From Pseudomonadota bacterium (GTDB taxonomy: Bacteria; Pseudomonadota; Alphaproteobacteria; Sphingomonadales; Sphingomonadaceae): a DNA stretch of 64,000 bases. A program made the position numbers and the translations under genes. The stretch's first letter is position 1. The number at the start of each line of letters is the position of its first letter. The stretch covers positions 2,105-66,104 of the forward strand of contig JBEDGC010000005.1 of NCBI GenBank assembly GCA_041174825.1, written 5' to 3'. A model generated the notes under the pieces. That model worked only from the letters and a program-made list of their open reading frames with translations, was not told the DNA's origin and made no database searches. Below, piece by piece: positions 23,459-32,138 of the stretch.

Positions 23459-23546
23459 CCGGCCTAAATGGCCAAATTCTTGACAGAAGCGCAAGGGGCT
23501 GTTAGAGGACGTGCTTTCCGGAATTGGTGAAGAATGGAGACGCCCG

Positions 23547-23888
23547 ATGGCGCGCGTGACTGTTGAAGATTGTGTCGACAAGGTCTCGAACCGGTTTGAC
23601 CTCGTGCTCGTGGCGGCCCAGCGGGCGCGTCAGATTTCGGGCGGCGCTGAACTTTTGCTTGATCGCGATCGGGATAAGAACCCCGTTGTGGCTCTGCGTG
23701 AAATCGCGGATGAGTTGGTTCGGCCGGCTGATCTTCAGGAAGCCATTGTCGGTGGCTTGCAGCGCGTCCGCATCGACGATGAAGTCGAGTCGGATGAAAT
23801 GACCTCGTTGTCCAGCGCGGCAGAGGCGCTCCGCTTGACGGCGGCGGCCCCGCCCCGCAATCAGAATTTGGGCGGCGATTACGACTAA
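23547..23888 (+). CDS. rpoZ: DNA-directed RNA polymerase subunit omega
   Basis: [29 protein letters not shown] is the canonical omega N-terminus. SD GGAGA lies 6 nt upstream. Confidence 0.92.
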   Translation: MARVTVEDCVDKVSNRFDLVLVAAQRARQISGGAELLLDRDRDKNPVVALREIADELVRPADLQEAIVGGLQRVRIDDEVESDEMTSLSSAAEALRLTAAAPPRNQNLGGDYD

Positions 23889-23911
23889 GTCATCAACCGC
23901 ATCTGACTAAG

Positions 23912-23950
23912 AAAAAGGCCCGGCGCGAAAGCGTGCGGGCCTTTTCTTTT
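23912..23950. terminator. Bidirectional rho-independent terminator between rpoZ and the HxlR gene
   Basis: AAAAAGGCCCGGCGCGAAAGCGTGCGGGCCTTTTCTTTT forms a GC stem flanked by an A-run and a T-run. Confidence 0.75.
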
Positions 23951-23960
23951 GGTTTGGGCT

Positions 23961-24473
23961 TTAGGCGACAATGTGCAGTTTGGGCACTTCCAGAGGTGTA
24001 ATTTCGTGGGTGTGCTTCCAGCTCAGATCCCCCAGCTGGAGCGCGCGTCCATCATGCGCTTGGATCACGATTTTGCGAATCGGCTGTCCATCCCTTTTGT
24101 CGACCAGAACCGGGGTGGAAGGAACGCCTGTTTCCCAAGTTTCCCCCCATTGGCGCAGTGCGAGCATGGCCGGAAGCAGGGCGGCGCCCTTTTCCGTGAG
24201 GCGATACTCAATCTTGCGGCGATCATCGGGCATAGGTTCGCGCGCCAAAATGCCGTGATCGACCAGTCGTCCGAGGCGATTGGCCAGAATGTTGCGGGCA
24301 ATGCCCAGCGTCGACTGAAATTCTTCAAAATGATGCAGGCCGTTAAAGGCCGCGCGCAGGATGAGGAAAGACCAGCGTTCCCCCGTTGCTTCCAGAGCAG
24401 CAGGCAGGCCGCAATCGATGTTGGAGAGGTCTTCCCGCAAATCGCCCATTGAATTCAAACCTTTCAAACCCAT
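23961..24473 (-). CDS. HxlR-family (MarR-like winged-helix) transcriptional regulator
   Basis: GERWSFLILRAAFNGLHHFEEFQSTLGIARNILANRLGRLVDHGIL is a typical HxlR core. An alternative ATG lies at 24449. Confidence 0.85.
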   Translation of the reverse strand: MGLKGLNSMGDLREDLSNIDCGLPAALEATGERWSFLILRAAFNGLHHFEEFQSTLGIARNILANRLGRLVDHGILAREPMPDDRRKIEYRLTEKGAALLPAMLALRQWGETWETGVPSTPVLVDKRDGQPIRKIVIQAHDGRALQLGDLSWKHTHEITPLEVPKLHIVA

Positions 24474-24482
24474 CTAACGCCG

Positions 24483-24574
24483 ATCAGGCTAACCTGATTC
24501 TTGCGCGACACAAATTATTTTAAGTTTTTAGTTGCAACTTGCAATCTAATTATATAGGTATTGATTCGCAACTT
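24483..24574. promoter_or_regulatory. Divergent promoter/operator region with palindromes
   Basis: Contains ATCAGG-CTAA-CCTGAT (24483-24498), the perfect 10-bp palindrome AGTTGCAACT (24530-24539), and GCAACTT repeated at 24534 and 24568 in an AT-rich stretch. Confidence 0.35.
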
Positions 24575-24597
24575 AAATAAAAGAAAGGACCTCCCCC

Positions 24598-24912
24598 ATG
24601 CGTATCCTCATTGCTCTGGCTGCAATCGCCACGTCCGCCACCCTTTTTGCCGGTTCGGCAACCACCGCCTTTGCCAGCACCCCCGGCTATCGTCTGGTTC
24701 CTGAAACCGCTATTTCCGGCAACAGCGTTGTTGCGCGTGATGTCCTTTGGAAGCGTTCGGGCGATGCCTGGATTGCGACGAAGGCGACCAGCCGTGCAGA
24801 AATCGTCTGCTCCTCGGCAGCACGTGAAATCGGTAAGATTGCCAGTTTCTCCGCCAATGGGACCGATTTCACATCGGACCAGCTGGCCAAGTGCAACGAA
24901 AAGGCACGCTAA
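24598..24912 (+). CDS. Small secreted hypothetical protein
   Basis: Signal peptide MRILIALAAIATSATLFAGSATTAFA, SD AAAGGA upstream and a terminator downstream. Confidence 0.5.
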   Translation: MRILIALAAIATSATLFAGSATTAFASTPGYRLVPETAISGNSVVARDVLWKRSGDAWIATKATSRAEIVCSSAAREIGKIASFSANGTDFTSDQLAKCNEKAR

Positions 24913-24960
24913 GCCAACATCTCCCGCCCGACGATATCCCCCCAATCTCGGGCAAATTTG

Positions 24961-24999
24961 GGCAGCCGCGGACACTCTTCCGCCGGCTGCCCTTTTTAT
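24961..24999. terminator. Rho-independent terminator between convergent genes
   Basis: GGCAGCCG...CGGCTGCC stem followed by CTTTTTAT. Confidence 0.6.
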
Positions 25000-25011
25000 G
25001 AAGCTGCGCGT

Positions 25012-25476
25012 TTAGGGCGCCAAGCTTTCTCCCGACATCACCACATTGGCCTGTGCGTCAAAGGCGGCGAAGCGGGTGCGGACGCCCTCTGGGATGGGCT
25101 TTGGTTTGTGTGTGTCCAGATCAACCAGAACATGCACTTCGCGGATTTCGGCGCGCAGGTCTTCGCCTTGGGATCCCGCGCCGCAGAGGTGCATGATGAT
25201 GGTCATGGATGTCGTGCCGAACTTTTCTGTCTTGCACCAGATGTCGATCAGCTCATCGGGTTTGATCGGCTTCTTAAACGCGACTTCGGCATGGGCGACG
25301 TGAAAATCCATGGGCCCCGCCCCGGCTGAATTTCGGAAATCCACATGCCGCCAATATTCGGTGAGGCCAAGGTCGGCATAATCGAGATACCGCGCGTTGA
25401 AGACGACGCCTTGCGGGTCAACCTCGGACCAGCGCACGCGGAACCGATGGCAAAATGCAAAGCCCCCTTGCGCCAT
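25012..25476 (-). CDS. Hotdog-fold acyl-CoA thioesterase (YbgC/FadM-like)
   Basis: FRVRWSEVDPQGVVFNARYLDY motif; 154 aa. Confidence 0.75.
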   Translation of the reverse strand: MAQGGFAFCHRFRVRWSEVDPQGVVFNARYLDYADLGLTEYWRHVDFRNSAGAGPMDFHVAHAEVAFKKPIKPDELIDIWCKTEKFGTTSMTIIMHLCGAGSQGEDLRAEIREVHVLVDLDTHKPKPIPEGVRTRFAAFDAQANVVMSGESLAP

Positions 25477-25480
25477 TAGA

Positions 25481-26689
25481 TCAGCCGTCCTTCATCGCTG
25501 GGGTGTTGATTCCCATGCTTTGGAAATATTTGCGGATGTTGCGCGCGGCCTGACGCAGGCGCTGTTCATTCTCGACCATCGCGATGCGGACATAGCCTTC
25601 GCCTTCTTCGCCATAGCCAACCCCTGCGGCGACGGCGACGCCTGCTTGCGTCAGCAATTGCTTGGAAAATTCCAAACTGCCCAGATGCGCAAGCGCAGGC
25701 GGCAAGGGTGCCCAAGCGAACATGGAGGCGCGCGGCGATGGAATATCCCAGCCTGCTTTGCCAAAGCTATCGACCAACACATCGCGGCGTTTGCGATAGA
25801 GTTCCCGATTGGCGGCGACAATATCTTGCGGACCATTGAGTGCAGCGACGGCGGCCGCCTGAATCGGGGTGAAGGCCCCATAATCTAGATAGGACTTCAC
25901 ACGGGTGAGGGCTGCGATCAGCGTTTTATTGCCCACCGCAAAGCCAATGCGCCATCCGGCCATGGAATAGGTTTTGGACATGGAGGTAAACTCCACCGCC
26001 ACATCCTTTGCGCCTTTGACTTGCAGGATGGAGGGGGTGGGCTGCCCATCATAATAAAGCTCTGAATAGGCAAGGTCTGACAAGACCCACAGGCCATGTT
26101 CCTTGGCAAAGGCGACCACCCGTTCATAAAAGGCGAGATCGACGACCTCGGCGGTCGGGTTGGATGGATAGCCCATGACCAGCACCGACGGCTTTGGCAC
26201 GGTGAAGCGCACGGCGCGTTCCAGCGATTCAAAATAATGCTCATCGGGCGTCGTCGGTACGCTGCGAATCGTGGCGCCTGCAATGATGAACCCAAAGGTG
26301 TGAATCGGGTAGCTGGGGTTGGGCGCCAGCACGACATCACCCGGCGCGGTGATGGCTTGCGCCAGATTCGCAAGGCCTTCTTTCGACCCCAAGGTCACAA
26401 CAACTTCGCTATCGGGATCAAGATCGACGCCAAAACGCCGGCCATAATAATTGGCCTGTGCGCGCCGGAGCCCCGGAATTCCCTTGGACGCAGAATAGCC
26501 ATGCGCCTTGGGATCGCGCGCCACTTCGGCAAGTTTTTCAATAACATGGGCAGGTGGCGGCAAATCCGGATTGCCCATGCCCAAGTCAATAATATCCTCG
26601 CCTGCCGCACGTGCTGCGGCCCGCATCGCATTCACTTCGGCGATGACATAAGGGGGCAGGCGTTTCATGCGGTAGAATTCGTCGGACAT
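25481..26689 (-). CDS. Class I/II PLP-dependent aminotransferase (AlaC/LL-DAP-aminotransferase-like)
   Basis: RLPPYVIAEVN...DLGMGNPD N-terminus and the PLP-lysine motif SMSKTYSMAGWRIG. Start trimmed to MSDEF. Confidence 0.9.
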   Translation of the reverse strand: MSDEFYRMKRLPPYVIAEVNAMRAAARAAGEDIIDLGMGNPDLPPPAHVIEKLAEVARDPKAHGYSASKGIPGLRRAQANYYGRRFGVDLDPDSEVVVTLGSKEGLANLAQAITAPGDVVLAPNPSYPIHTFGFIIAGATIRSVPTTPDEHYFESLERAVRFTVPKPSVLVMGYPSNPTAEVVDLAFYERVVAFAKEHGLWVLSDLAYSELYYDGQPTPSILQVKGAKDVAVEFTSMSKTYSMAGWRIGFAVGNKTLIAALTRVKSYLDYGAFTPIQAAAVAALNGPQDIVAANRELYRKRRDVLVDSFGKAGWDIPSPRASMFAWAPLPPALAHLGSLEFSKQLLTQAGVAVAAGVGYGEEGEGYVRIAMVENEQRLRQAARNIRKYFQSMGINTPAMKDG

Positions 26690-26763
26690 TGGTCGCTTTC
26701 GGCTAGAGGATTTTCGCGCTATGCCATTGCAACGCTGCCGCCGCAACCAAGGCCCGACAGGAC

Positions 26764-28365
26764 GTGATGATGACGACTGATCCGACCGAACCCAAAGAGA
26801 CTGCCGCTACCCATCCGGTCGCAGCCTATCAGCAGATGCTGGACATCTGGGGCCAGATGCTGGCGCCCATTGCGGCCCTCAACCGGGATAAGGTCGACCC
26901 CAAGGATCGCCGCTTTCAAGGGGAGGCGTGGACCCACCCGCTGTTTGACCTGATCCGTCAGGGCTATAGCATGGCGGCTGAGCAGATGATGTCGCTTGCT
27001 GAAGCGGCCCCCGCCGCCGATGCGCATGAGAAGGCACGGCAGATTTTTGCCATGCGCGCGCTGGTGGATGCGATGAGCCCGGCCAATTCGCCTCTCACCA
27101 ATCCGGTGGCGCTGCGCCGTGCGGTCGAAACCAATGGGGCGAGCCTCATGGCCGGGTTTCAGCATATGGCCGAGGATATTCAGCGCGGTCAGCTGACCCA
27201 TACAGATCCAAATGCCTTCCGCTTGGGTGAGAATATCGCGACAACGCCGGGCAAGGTGGTTTACCAGACCCGGCTGTTTCAGCTGATCCATTATGCGCCG
27301 ACAACGCCCGATGTGCTGAAAACGCCGCTGGTGATTTTTCCGCCTTGGATCAACCGCTATTATATCCTCGATCTCACGCCTGAAAAAAGCTTCATCAAAT
27401 GGTGCGTGGATCAGGGGATTAGCGTCTTCATCGTGTCTTGGAAGTCGGCGGATGCCAGCCTTAAAGATGTGATTTGGGATGATTATATCGCCGCCCAAAT
27501 TGAGGCGGTGGATGTGGTGCGCGATTTGCTCGACGTGCCATCCGTGCATGCCATTGGCTATTGCGTGGCGGGCACGACGCTCGCAGCAACCTTGGCCATC
27601 CTTGCCGCCAAGGGAGAGGCGGACAAGGTGCGGTCCGCGACCTTCTTCACCGCCCAAGTCGATTTTGAAAAGGCAGGCGATCTTCTGAACTTCATTGATG
27701 AGGCGCATATTGCCGCCATTGCCGCTTTGGCCAAAGACGGGGTGATGGATGGGCGCTATCTGGCCGCGACCTTCAACTTGCTGCGCGGCAATGACCTGAT
27801 TTGGAGCACCGTCTCCAAAAATTATCTGATGGGGGAGGGCTATCCCGCCTTTGATCTGCTCCATTGGAATGGCGACGTCACCAATTTGCCGGCCAAATGG
27901 CATTTGAGCTATTTGTGCGATCTCTATCGCGACAATAAATTGTCTCAACCCGGTGCGCTCTCGGCTCTGGGCGTGCCGATTGATTTGACCAAGGTAACAA
28001 CCCCCAGCTTCATTCAGGCGGGCCGGGAAGACCATATCGCGCCAGCCGAAAGCGTCTGGAAGATGCGCGATCTCTTCACAGGGCCGAACAGGTTCTTGCT
28101 CGCAGGGTCGGGCCATATTGCCGGGGTGGTGAACCCGCCTTCGGCGCAGAAATATCAATATTGGACCAATGACGCCCCCGTTGCGTCCTTGGACGATTTT
28201 ATCGCCGGGGCCAGCGAAACCAAGGGCAGCTGGTGGCCCTATTGGCTGGGTTGGATCAAGGACCAAGACGCCAAGACAGTCCCCGTCAAGGGCGCGCGCG
28301 TGCCCGGCAAGGGCAAGTTGAAGGCGCTGGAGGATGCGCCGGGCAGCTACGTTAAGACGCGCTGA
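26764..28365 (+). CDS. phaC: Class I poly(R)-hydroxyalkanoate synthase
   Basis: Lipase-box GYCVAGT with catalytic Cys, PPWINRYYILDL, and the conserved C-terminal His region (GHIAGVVNPP). Confidence 0.9.
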   Translation: MMMTTDPTEPKETAATHPVAAYQQMLDIWGQMLAPIAALNRDKVDPKDRRFQGEAWTHPLFDLIRQGYSMAAEQMMSLAEAAPAADAHEKARQIFAMRALVDAMSPANSPLTNPVALRRAVETNGASLMAGFQHMAEDIQRGQLTHTDPNAFRLGENIATTPGKVVYQTRLFQLIHYAPTTPDVLKTPLVIFPPWINRYYILDLTPEKSFIKWCVDQGISVFIVSWKSADASLKDVIWDDYIAAQIEAVDVVRDLLDVPSVHAIGYCVAGTTLAATLAILAAKGEADKVRSATFFTAQVDFEKAGDLLNFIDEAHIAAIAALAKDGVMDGRYLAATFNLLRGNDLIWSTVSKNYLMGEGYPAFDLLHWNGDVTNLPAKWHLSYLCDLYRDNKLSQPGALSALGVPIDLTKVTTPSFIQAGREDHIAPAESVWKMRDLFTGPNRFLLAGSGHIAGVVNPPSAQKYQYWTNDAPVASLDDFIAGASETKGSWWPYWLGWIKDQDAKTVPVKGARVPGKGKLKALEDAPGSYVKTR

Positions 28366-28366
28366 C

Positions 28367-28539
28367 CGCCTCTTCCGCCCGGCCCAGTGCACGTCATGCT
28401 GAACTTGGTTCAGCATCCACGCTGGCGGCACATGCCCATTTTGGGCGCGGGCGGGGCGGTGGACCCTGAACCAAGTTCAGGGTGACGGCTGAGGGGACGC
28501 CCTATGCTATTCTAAACCGTCGCCTCTTCCGCCCGGCCC
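28367..28539. repeat. REP/BIME-like inverted pair of 29-nt hairpin modules flanked by a 19-nt direct repeat
   Basis: Direct repeat CGCCTCTTCCGCCCGGCCC at 28367-28385 and 28521-28539. Hairpin modules at 28392-28420 and 28459-28487 are reverse complements of each other, differing only by 4 compensatory changes. Confidence 0.7.
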
Positions 28540-29192
28540 TTAAAGCCAGAGGCAATCACATACCATTCGGAGGAGCCTTTGCGGCTGGCGGGAGGCTTTG
28601 CGTGTTTGACGGAGGTGAAGTTGCGCTTGAGCGCGGCGACCAGATCATTATCCGCGCCGCCGGCCAGAACCTTGGCGACAAAATGGCCGCCGGGCCGCAG
28701 CACTTGGCAGGCAAAGTCTAATCCCGCCTCCACCAGCCCCATGGTGCGCAGATGGTCGGTCTGGGGATGGCCCACGGTGTTGGCCGCCATGTCCGACAGA
28801 ACAATATCGGCCGGGCCGTCCAGCGCCTCCATCAGCCAGTCTGGGGCTTCATCTGCCATAAAGTCCATTTGCGCGATGGTGACGCCTTCCAAAGGCTCCA
28901 CAGGCAGCAAATCAATGCCAACCACATGCGCCTTGGGGCAGTTTTTGCGCACAACTTGCGCCCAGCCGCCCGGCGCGATGCCCAAATCAATGACCCGCTT
29001 GGCCCCTTTTAAAAAGCCAAAGCGTTCATCCAACTCCATCAGCTTATAGGCGGCCCGGCTGCGATAGCCCTCTGCCTTGGCGCGTTTGACATAAGGATCA
29101 TTCAACTGACGCTCGAGCCAACGGGTGGATCCGACCTTGCGGCCCTTTGCTGTTTTGACGCGGGTGCGCCCTGCACTGCCACCCCGGCTCAT
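28512..29192 (-). CDS. rlmE: 23S rRNA (uridine2552-2'-O)-methyltransferase RlmE/FtsJ
   Basis: WLERQLNDPYV, RSRAAYKL.ELDE, DLG.APGGW and DIVLSDMA motifs. Start trimmed to MSRGGS, which overlaps the ppx stop (ATGA). Confidence 0.9.
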   Translation of the reverse strand: MSRGGSAGRTRVKTAKGRKVGSTRWLERQLNDPYVKRAKAEGYRSRAAYKLMELDERFGFLKGAKRVIDLGIAPGGWAQVVRKNCPKAHVVGIDLLPVEPLEGVTIAQMDFMADEAPDWLMEALDGPADIVLSDMAANTVGHPQTDHLRTMGLVEAGLDFACQVLRPGGHFVAKVLAGGADNDLVAALKRNFTSVKHAKPPASRKGSSEWYVIASGFKGRAEEATV

Positions 29193-30271
29193 GGTCTTTC
29201 TCCTGCCGCCATTAACTGGCGCAATATGCCTTCGCGAATGCCCCGATCCGCAACGCCCACACGCTCGGCGGGCCAAAGATCAAAAATCGTTTCCAAAATC
29301 GCACAGCCCGCAACGACCAGATCTGCCCGTTCCGGCCCGATGCACGGTTCCTTCGCGCGATCCGGCACCGATTGGCTGGCGAGTTGGGCGCAGATGCGGC
29401 GCATATCGGCCACATCCACGCGCAGCCCATCAATCAACCGCCGCTCATAATGCGGCAGGCCCAGATGCACACTGGCCAGCGTCGTCACCGTGCCGCTCGT
29501 CCCCAACAGGCGCGGCGCAGCACCTGCGGCCTCGGCCAATGTCTCGACAAAGGGGCCAAGGCTGTCGCGCACTTGGGCGCGCATTTGGGCATAAGCGGCG
29601 CTGCGCGCGACTGGGTCTGCGCTGTCATGCGGCACGCTTTCACTCAAGGAGACAACGCCCCAAGGGATGGAGCGCCAATCCAGTGTCTGCGGCGCGCCGC
29701 TTTGCGTATCGACCAGCACCAGCTCGGTTGATCCACCCCCAATGTCGAACACCAAGGCCGGGCTATCGCCGTCTTCCAGCAAGACATGGCAGCCCAGCAC
29801 CGCCAGCCGTGCTTCTTCCTGGGCCGAAATAATGTCGAGCTTAATGCCCGTTTCTCGATAGACCCGATCGACAAATTCCGCGCCATTGGCGGCCCGCCGG
29901 CACGCCTCGGTCGCGACAGAACGCGCCATATAGACATTGCGGCGCACCAGCTTTTCGGCACAGACGGAGAGGGCAGACAGCGCCCGGTCCATCGCCGCCG
30001 TGCTGATCGCGCCCGATTGCGCCAAGCCTTCGCCTAGCCGGACGATCCGGGAAAAGGCATCCACCACAATGAAGCGCGGGGCATCGGGCCGGGCGATGAG
30101 CAAGCGGCAATTATTGGTGCCAAGGTCCAGCGCGGCATAGGTGCGCCGGGCCGGCGGCAGCGCGCGCTTTGGGCCGGCGCGCGCGGCCTCTGCCGGCATG
30201 CGGCCGGCCCCTTGCAATTTCGCCCCCCTGTCCTGGCGTCGCACGCGCACGGGGGCGGCAGAATCCACCAT
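29189..30271 (-). CDS. Ppx/GppA-family phosphatase (exopolyphosphatase-like)
   Basis: YAALDLGTNNCRLLIA and FDIGGGSTELV ASKHA-fold phosphate motifs. The start is ambiguous (30271 or 30199). The longest ORF (30415) runs into the tRNA-Gln promoter. Confidence 0.85.
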   Translation of the reverse strand: MVDSAAPVRVRRQDRGAKLQGAGRMPAEAARAGPKRALPPARRTYAALDLGTNNCRLLIARPDAPRFIVVDAFSRIVRLGEGLAQSGAISTAAMDRALSALSVCAEKLVRRNVYMARSVATEACRRAANGAEFVDRVYRETGIKLDIISAQEEARLAVLGCHVLLEDGDSPALVFDIGGGSTELVLVDTQSGAPQTLDWRSIPWGVVSLSESVPHDSADPVARSAAYAQMRAQVRDSLGPFVETLAEAAGAAPRLLGTSGTVTTLASVHLGLPHYERRLIDGLRVDVADMRRICAQLASQSVPDRAKEPCIGPERADLVVAGCAILETIFDLWPAERVGVADRGIREGILRQLMAAGERP

Positions 30272-30397
30272 GGTCTTCAAACTCTTAACTTCTTCCGATC
30301 CGGAGAAATGCCCGGCGGTACTTGAGGGCGAACCTAAAGGCACAGGCCGCCTATCGCAAGCGCCGCGACGCCTAGGCCAAGCCCTAGGGGACTCTTG

Positions 30398-30426
30398 TTG
30401 ACAGAAGGGGGCCAAATTCCTATCTG
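30398..30426 (+). promoter_or_regulatory. Putative sigma70 promoter of tRNA-Gln
   Basis: TTGACA, a 17-nt spacer, then TATCTG, ending 14 nt before the tRNA 5' end. Confidence 0.45.
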
Positions 30427-30440
30427 CCCGGCCTCAGCGA

Positions 30441-30514
30441 TGCCCCGTCGTCTAACGGTAAGACTACGGACTCTGACTCCGTCTATTGAGGTTCGAATCC
30501 TCACGGGGCATCCA
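30441..30514 (+). tRNA. tRNA-Gln (anticodon CTG)
   Basis: 74-nt cloverleaf folded by hand. Features are acceptor TGCCCCG/CGGGGCA, anticodon loop CTCTGAC, T-loop TTCGAAT and encoded CCA. Confidence 0.93.
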
Positions 30515-30569
30515 AGCGATCCCTGTAAAATATTGATTTAACGTCATTTTGTGCGAATCAGACGGATTC

Positions 30570-30592
30570 GTTACCAAACTTGTTACCAAACT
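30570..30592. repeat. Tandem direct repeat GTTACCAAACT x2 (period 12)
   Basis: Two exact 11-nt copies at 30570-30580 and 30582-30592. They are preceded by the small palindrome CGAATC-AGACG-GATTCG (30554-30570), directly 3' of tRNA-Gln. Confidence 0.6.
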
Positions 30593-30615
30593 AGATTTTC
30601 CTCTGCGCAACCAAG

Positions 30616-30999
30616 CTAGGGTCTTGTTCGCCTAGCCACCACCTGCATCGCACCAAAGGCGCCCCCCACCCCCATCAAATTTCTGGAAATCGAGACCGTA
30701 CCCCTGGGGCACCACCCGGTACTGGCAGATGGGACCCACGCTTCCTTCGCACATAGGATTTTGGACGTTTGATCGGTTAATGGATGAATTTTCGGGGCGC
30801 AGGCAAACAATTGCTTCACCCCCCTGGTTAAGTATCTCACCGTCTTGCGGTATATGTTGATCCCCCGCTCGAATAACAGGTATTCGACGTTGCGAAGCGA
30901 CAGCGGGAACCGCACGTACATCATCACGACTAGCCGGATGACCTTGGATGACGAGTTGAAATAACGAAACGGGCTGGCGGGTTTTCGGCGACGGGGCAT
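30616..30999 (-). mobile_element. Decayed IS6-family transposase fragment (N-terminal region only)
   Basis: Residues PFRYFNSSSKVIRLVVMMYVRFPLSLRNVEYLLFERGINIYRKTVRY fit the IS6-family N-terminal pattern (F.RHRF...VIL.AV..Y.RFPLSLR.VEE.L.ERGI.V...T..RW). The remainder has no DDE domain and no terminal inverted repeats were identified. Confidence 0.5.
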
Positions 31000-31098
31000 G
31001 GCCCAGATTTAGCCCGTTACGCGCTTTCGTCCAACCGGTGCATTTGCTCTGACAAAGCCGTTTTTGGTATTGGCACGTGCACTGGAGACGTGATCCAA

Positions 31099-31512
31099 TC
31101 ACTGTTCCGGCATTATCGTCCCTCCGTCAGGATGGACAATCCAACCCTGAGCGTTGTTCGTCCAGAAATGGATGGTGGGTTGAAGGTCTTTTGACTCATC
31201 AAGCGTGCCCGCCTTGATGAAGATCATGCCCCGCGCGTTGCCGTCAGGCGTTTCCGTGAAGACGGGTGATCCGCATTTGCCGCAGAATTTGCGATAGACG
31301 GGATTGCCCGAGGCGCTCCCATCCTCATAGACTGTTATCGTTCCTTCGGTCTTCAGCCCGGCGATGGGCACGGCGGCGACGACCGAAAAGGCCGATCCAG
31401 CCTGGCGCTGGCAATGCTTACAGTGGCACGTGCCCAACATTAGCGGCGGCCAGCTGGTTGTGTAGCGCACGGCGCCGCAGAGGCAGCCTCCGGTTCGCGT
31501 TTCACTTGTCAT
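31099..31512 (-). CDS. GFA-family (CENP-V/glutathione-dependent formaldehyde-activating-like) zinc protein
   Basis: GGCLCGAVRY, CHCKHCQRQAGSAFS and FCGKCGSPV cysteine motifs. SD GGAGGTG lies before the ATG at 31512. Confidence 0.8.
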   Translation of the reverse strand: MTSETRTGGCLCGAVRYTTSWPPLMLGTCHCKHCQRQAGSAFSVVAAVPIAGLKTEGTITVYEDGSASGNPVYRKFCGKCGSPVFTETPDGNARGMIFIKAGTLDESKDLQPTIHFWTNNAQGWIVHPDGGTIMPEQ

Positions 31513-31654
31513 CTTTGCACCTCCATCAGACATAATATCTGCCGTTCGAGCAGGAGGAGGCAACTGCTCAATTAGCGAGGCTGCTAACACATAAAGCAGG
31601 TGCCCATTTGTTTCCCCTCAATATATTCTCACCGTAATCAAGTGGGAGGCCCAT

Positions 31655-32110
31655 GTGGCAACAAAAAATAATCGGGCGATCGTCGAACAATGGATGAATT
31701 GTCTCGCAACCGGAAATCAGGAGCTATTCTGGCAAATTCATGCCAAGAATGTGATTTACAATATCAGCGGCCACACGGTTATTTCCGGTCGCATCCAGGG
31801 CCGAGAGCGGATGAAGAATGAAATCGCTGCTTATGTGTTTGGAGGACTAGACCTCGCCCGTTCGCGATTCGCCACCAAATGGAAGATCATGTGCGCTGAT
31901 GAGGACCGTGTGGTCGCCATGATGGAGGCCGATTGCTATGCCGGCAACGGCGTCCAATACGACCAGCGCTACCTGCATATATTCGCTTTCCGTGACAATC
32001 AGATCTCGGAAGTTTGGGAGTTTTTCGATACTGATCTGGCGAATCGCGCGTTGTTCACGCCGGAGCATGCTATCCCGCGATCAACTGGCCATACCGCATT
32101 CGATTTTTGA
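31655..32110 (+). CDS. NTF2/SnoaL-like (ketosteroid-isomerase-like) protein
   Basis: ~150 aa. The pattern IVEQWMNCLATGN...YDQRYLHIFAFRDNQISEVWEFFDT is typical of the SnoaL/NTF2 fold. Confidence 0.6.
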   Translation: MATKNNRAIVEQWMNCLATGNQELFWQIHAKNVIYNISGHTVISGRIQGRERMKNEIAAYVFGGLDLARSRFATKWKIMCADEDRVVAMMEADCYAGNGVQYDQRYLHIFAFRDNQISEVWEFFDTDLANRALFTPEHAIPRSTGHTAFDF

Positions 32111-32138
32111 TTTTTTCTGTAAGATGGGGAGAATGAGG

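Noticed and set aside
22253-23581. Apparent 35-nt head-to-head overlap of the PLD-family gene with rpoZ
   Set aside because: This is most simply an artefact of choosing the longest ORF. The GTG at 23458 gives a normal divergent spacer, so it is not treated as a biological overlap.
26719-28431. 570-aa ORF antisense to phaC
   Set aside because: Typical high-GC shadow ORF. It has an Arg/Gly/His-rich composition and no recognisable motif. The opposite strand encodes a complete PhaC with lipase box and conserved blocks.
30272-30415. N-terminal extension of the ppx ORF to 30415
   Set aside because: The extension would overlap the TTGACA/TATCTG promoter of tRNA-Gln and adds non-conserved Arg/Pro-rich sequence. 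Internal ATGs at 30271 or 30199 fit Ppx/GppA N-termini better.
30632-31102. 156-aa ORF overlapping the IS6 fragment in another frame
   Set aside because: It has no motif. It overlaps the frame that shows IS6-like similarity and runs into the GFA gene stop, so it is likely spurious.
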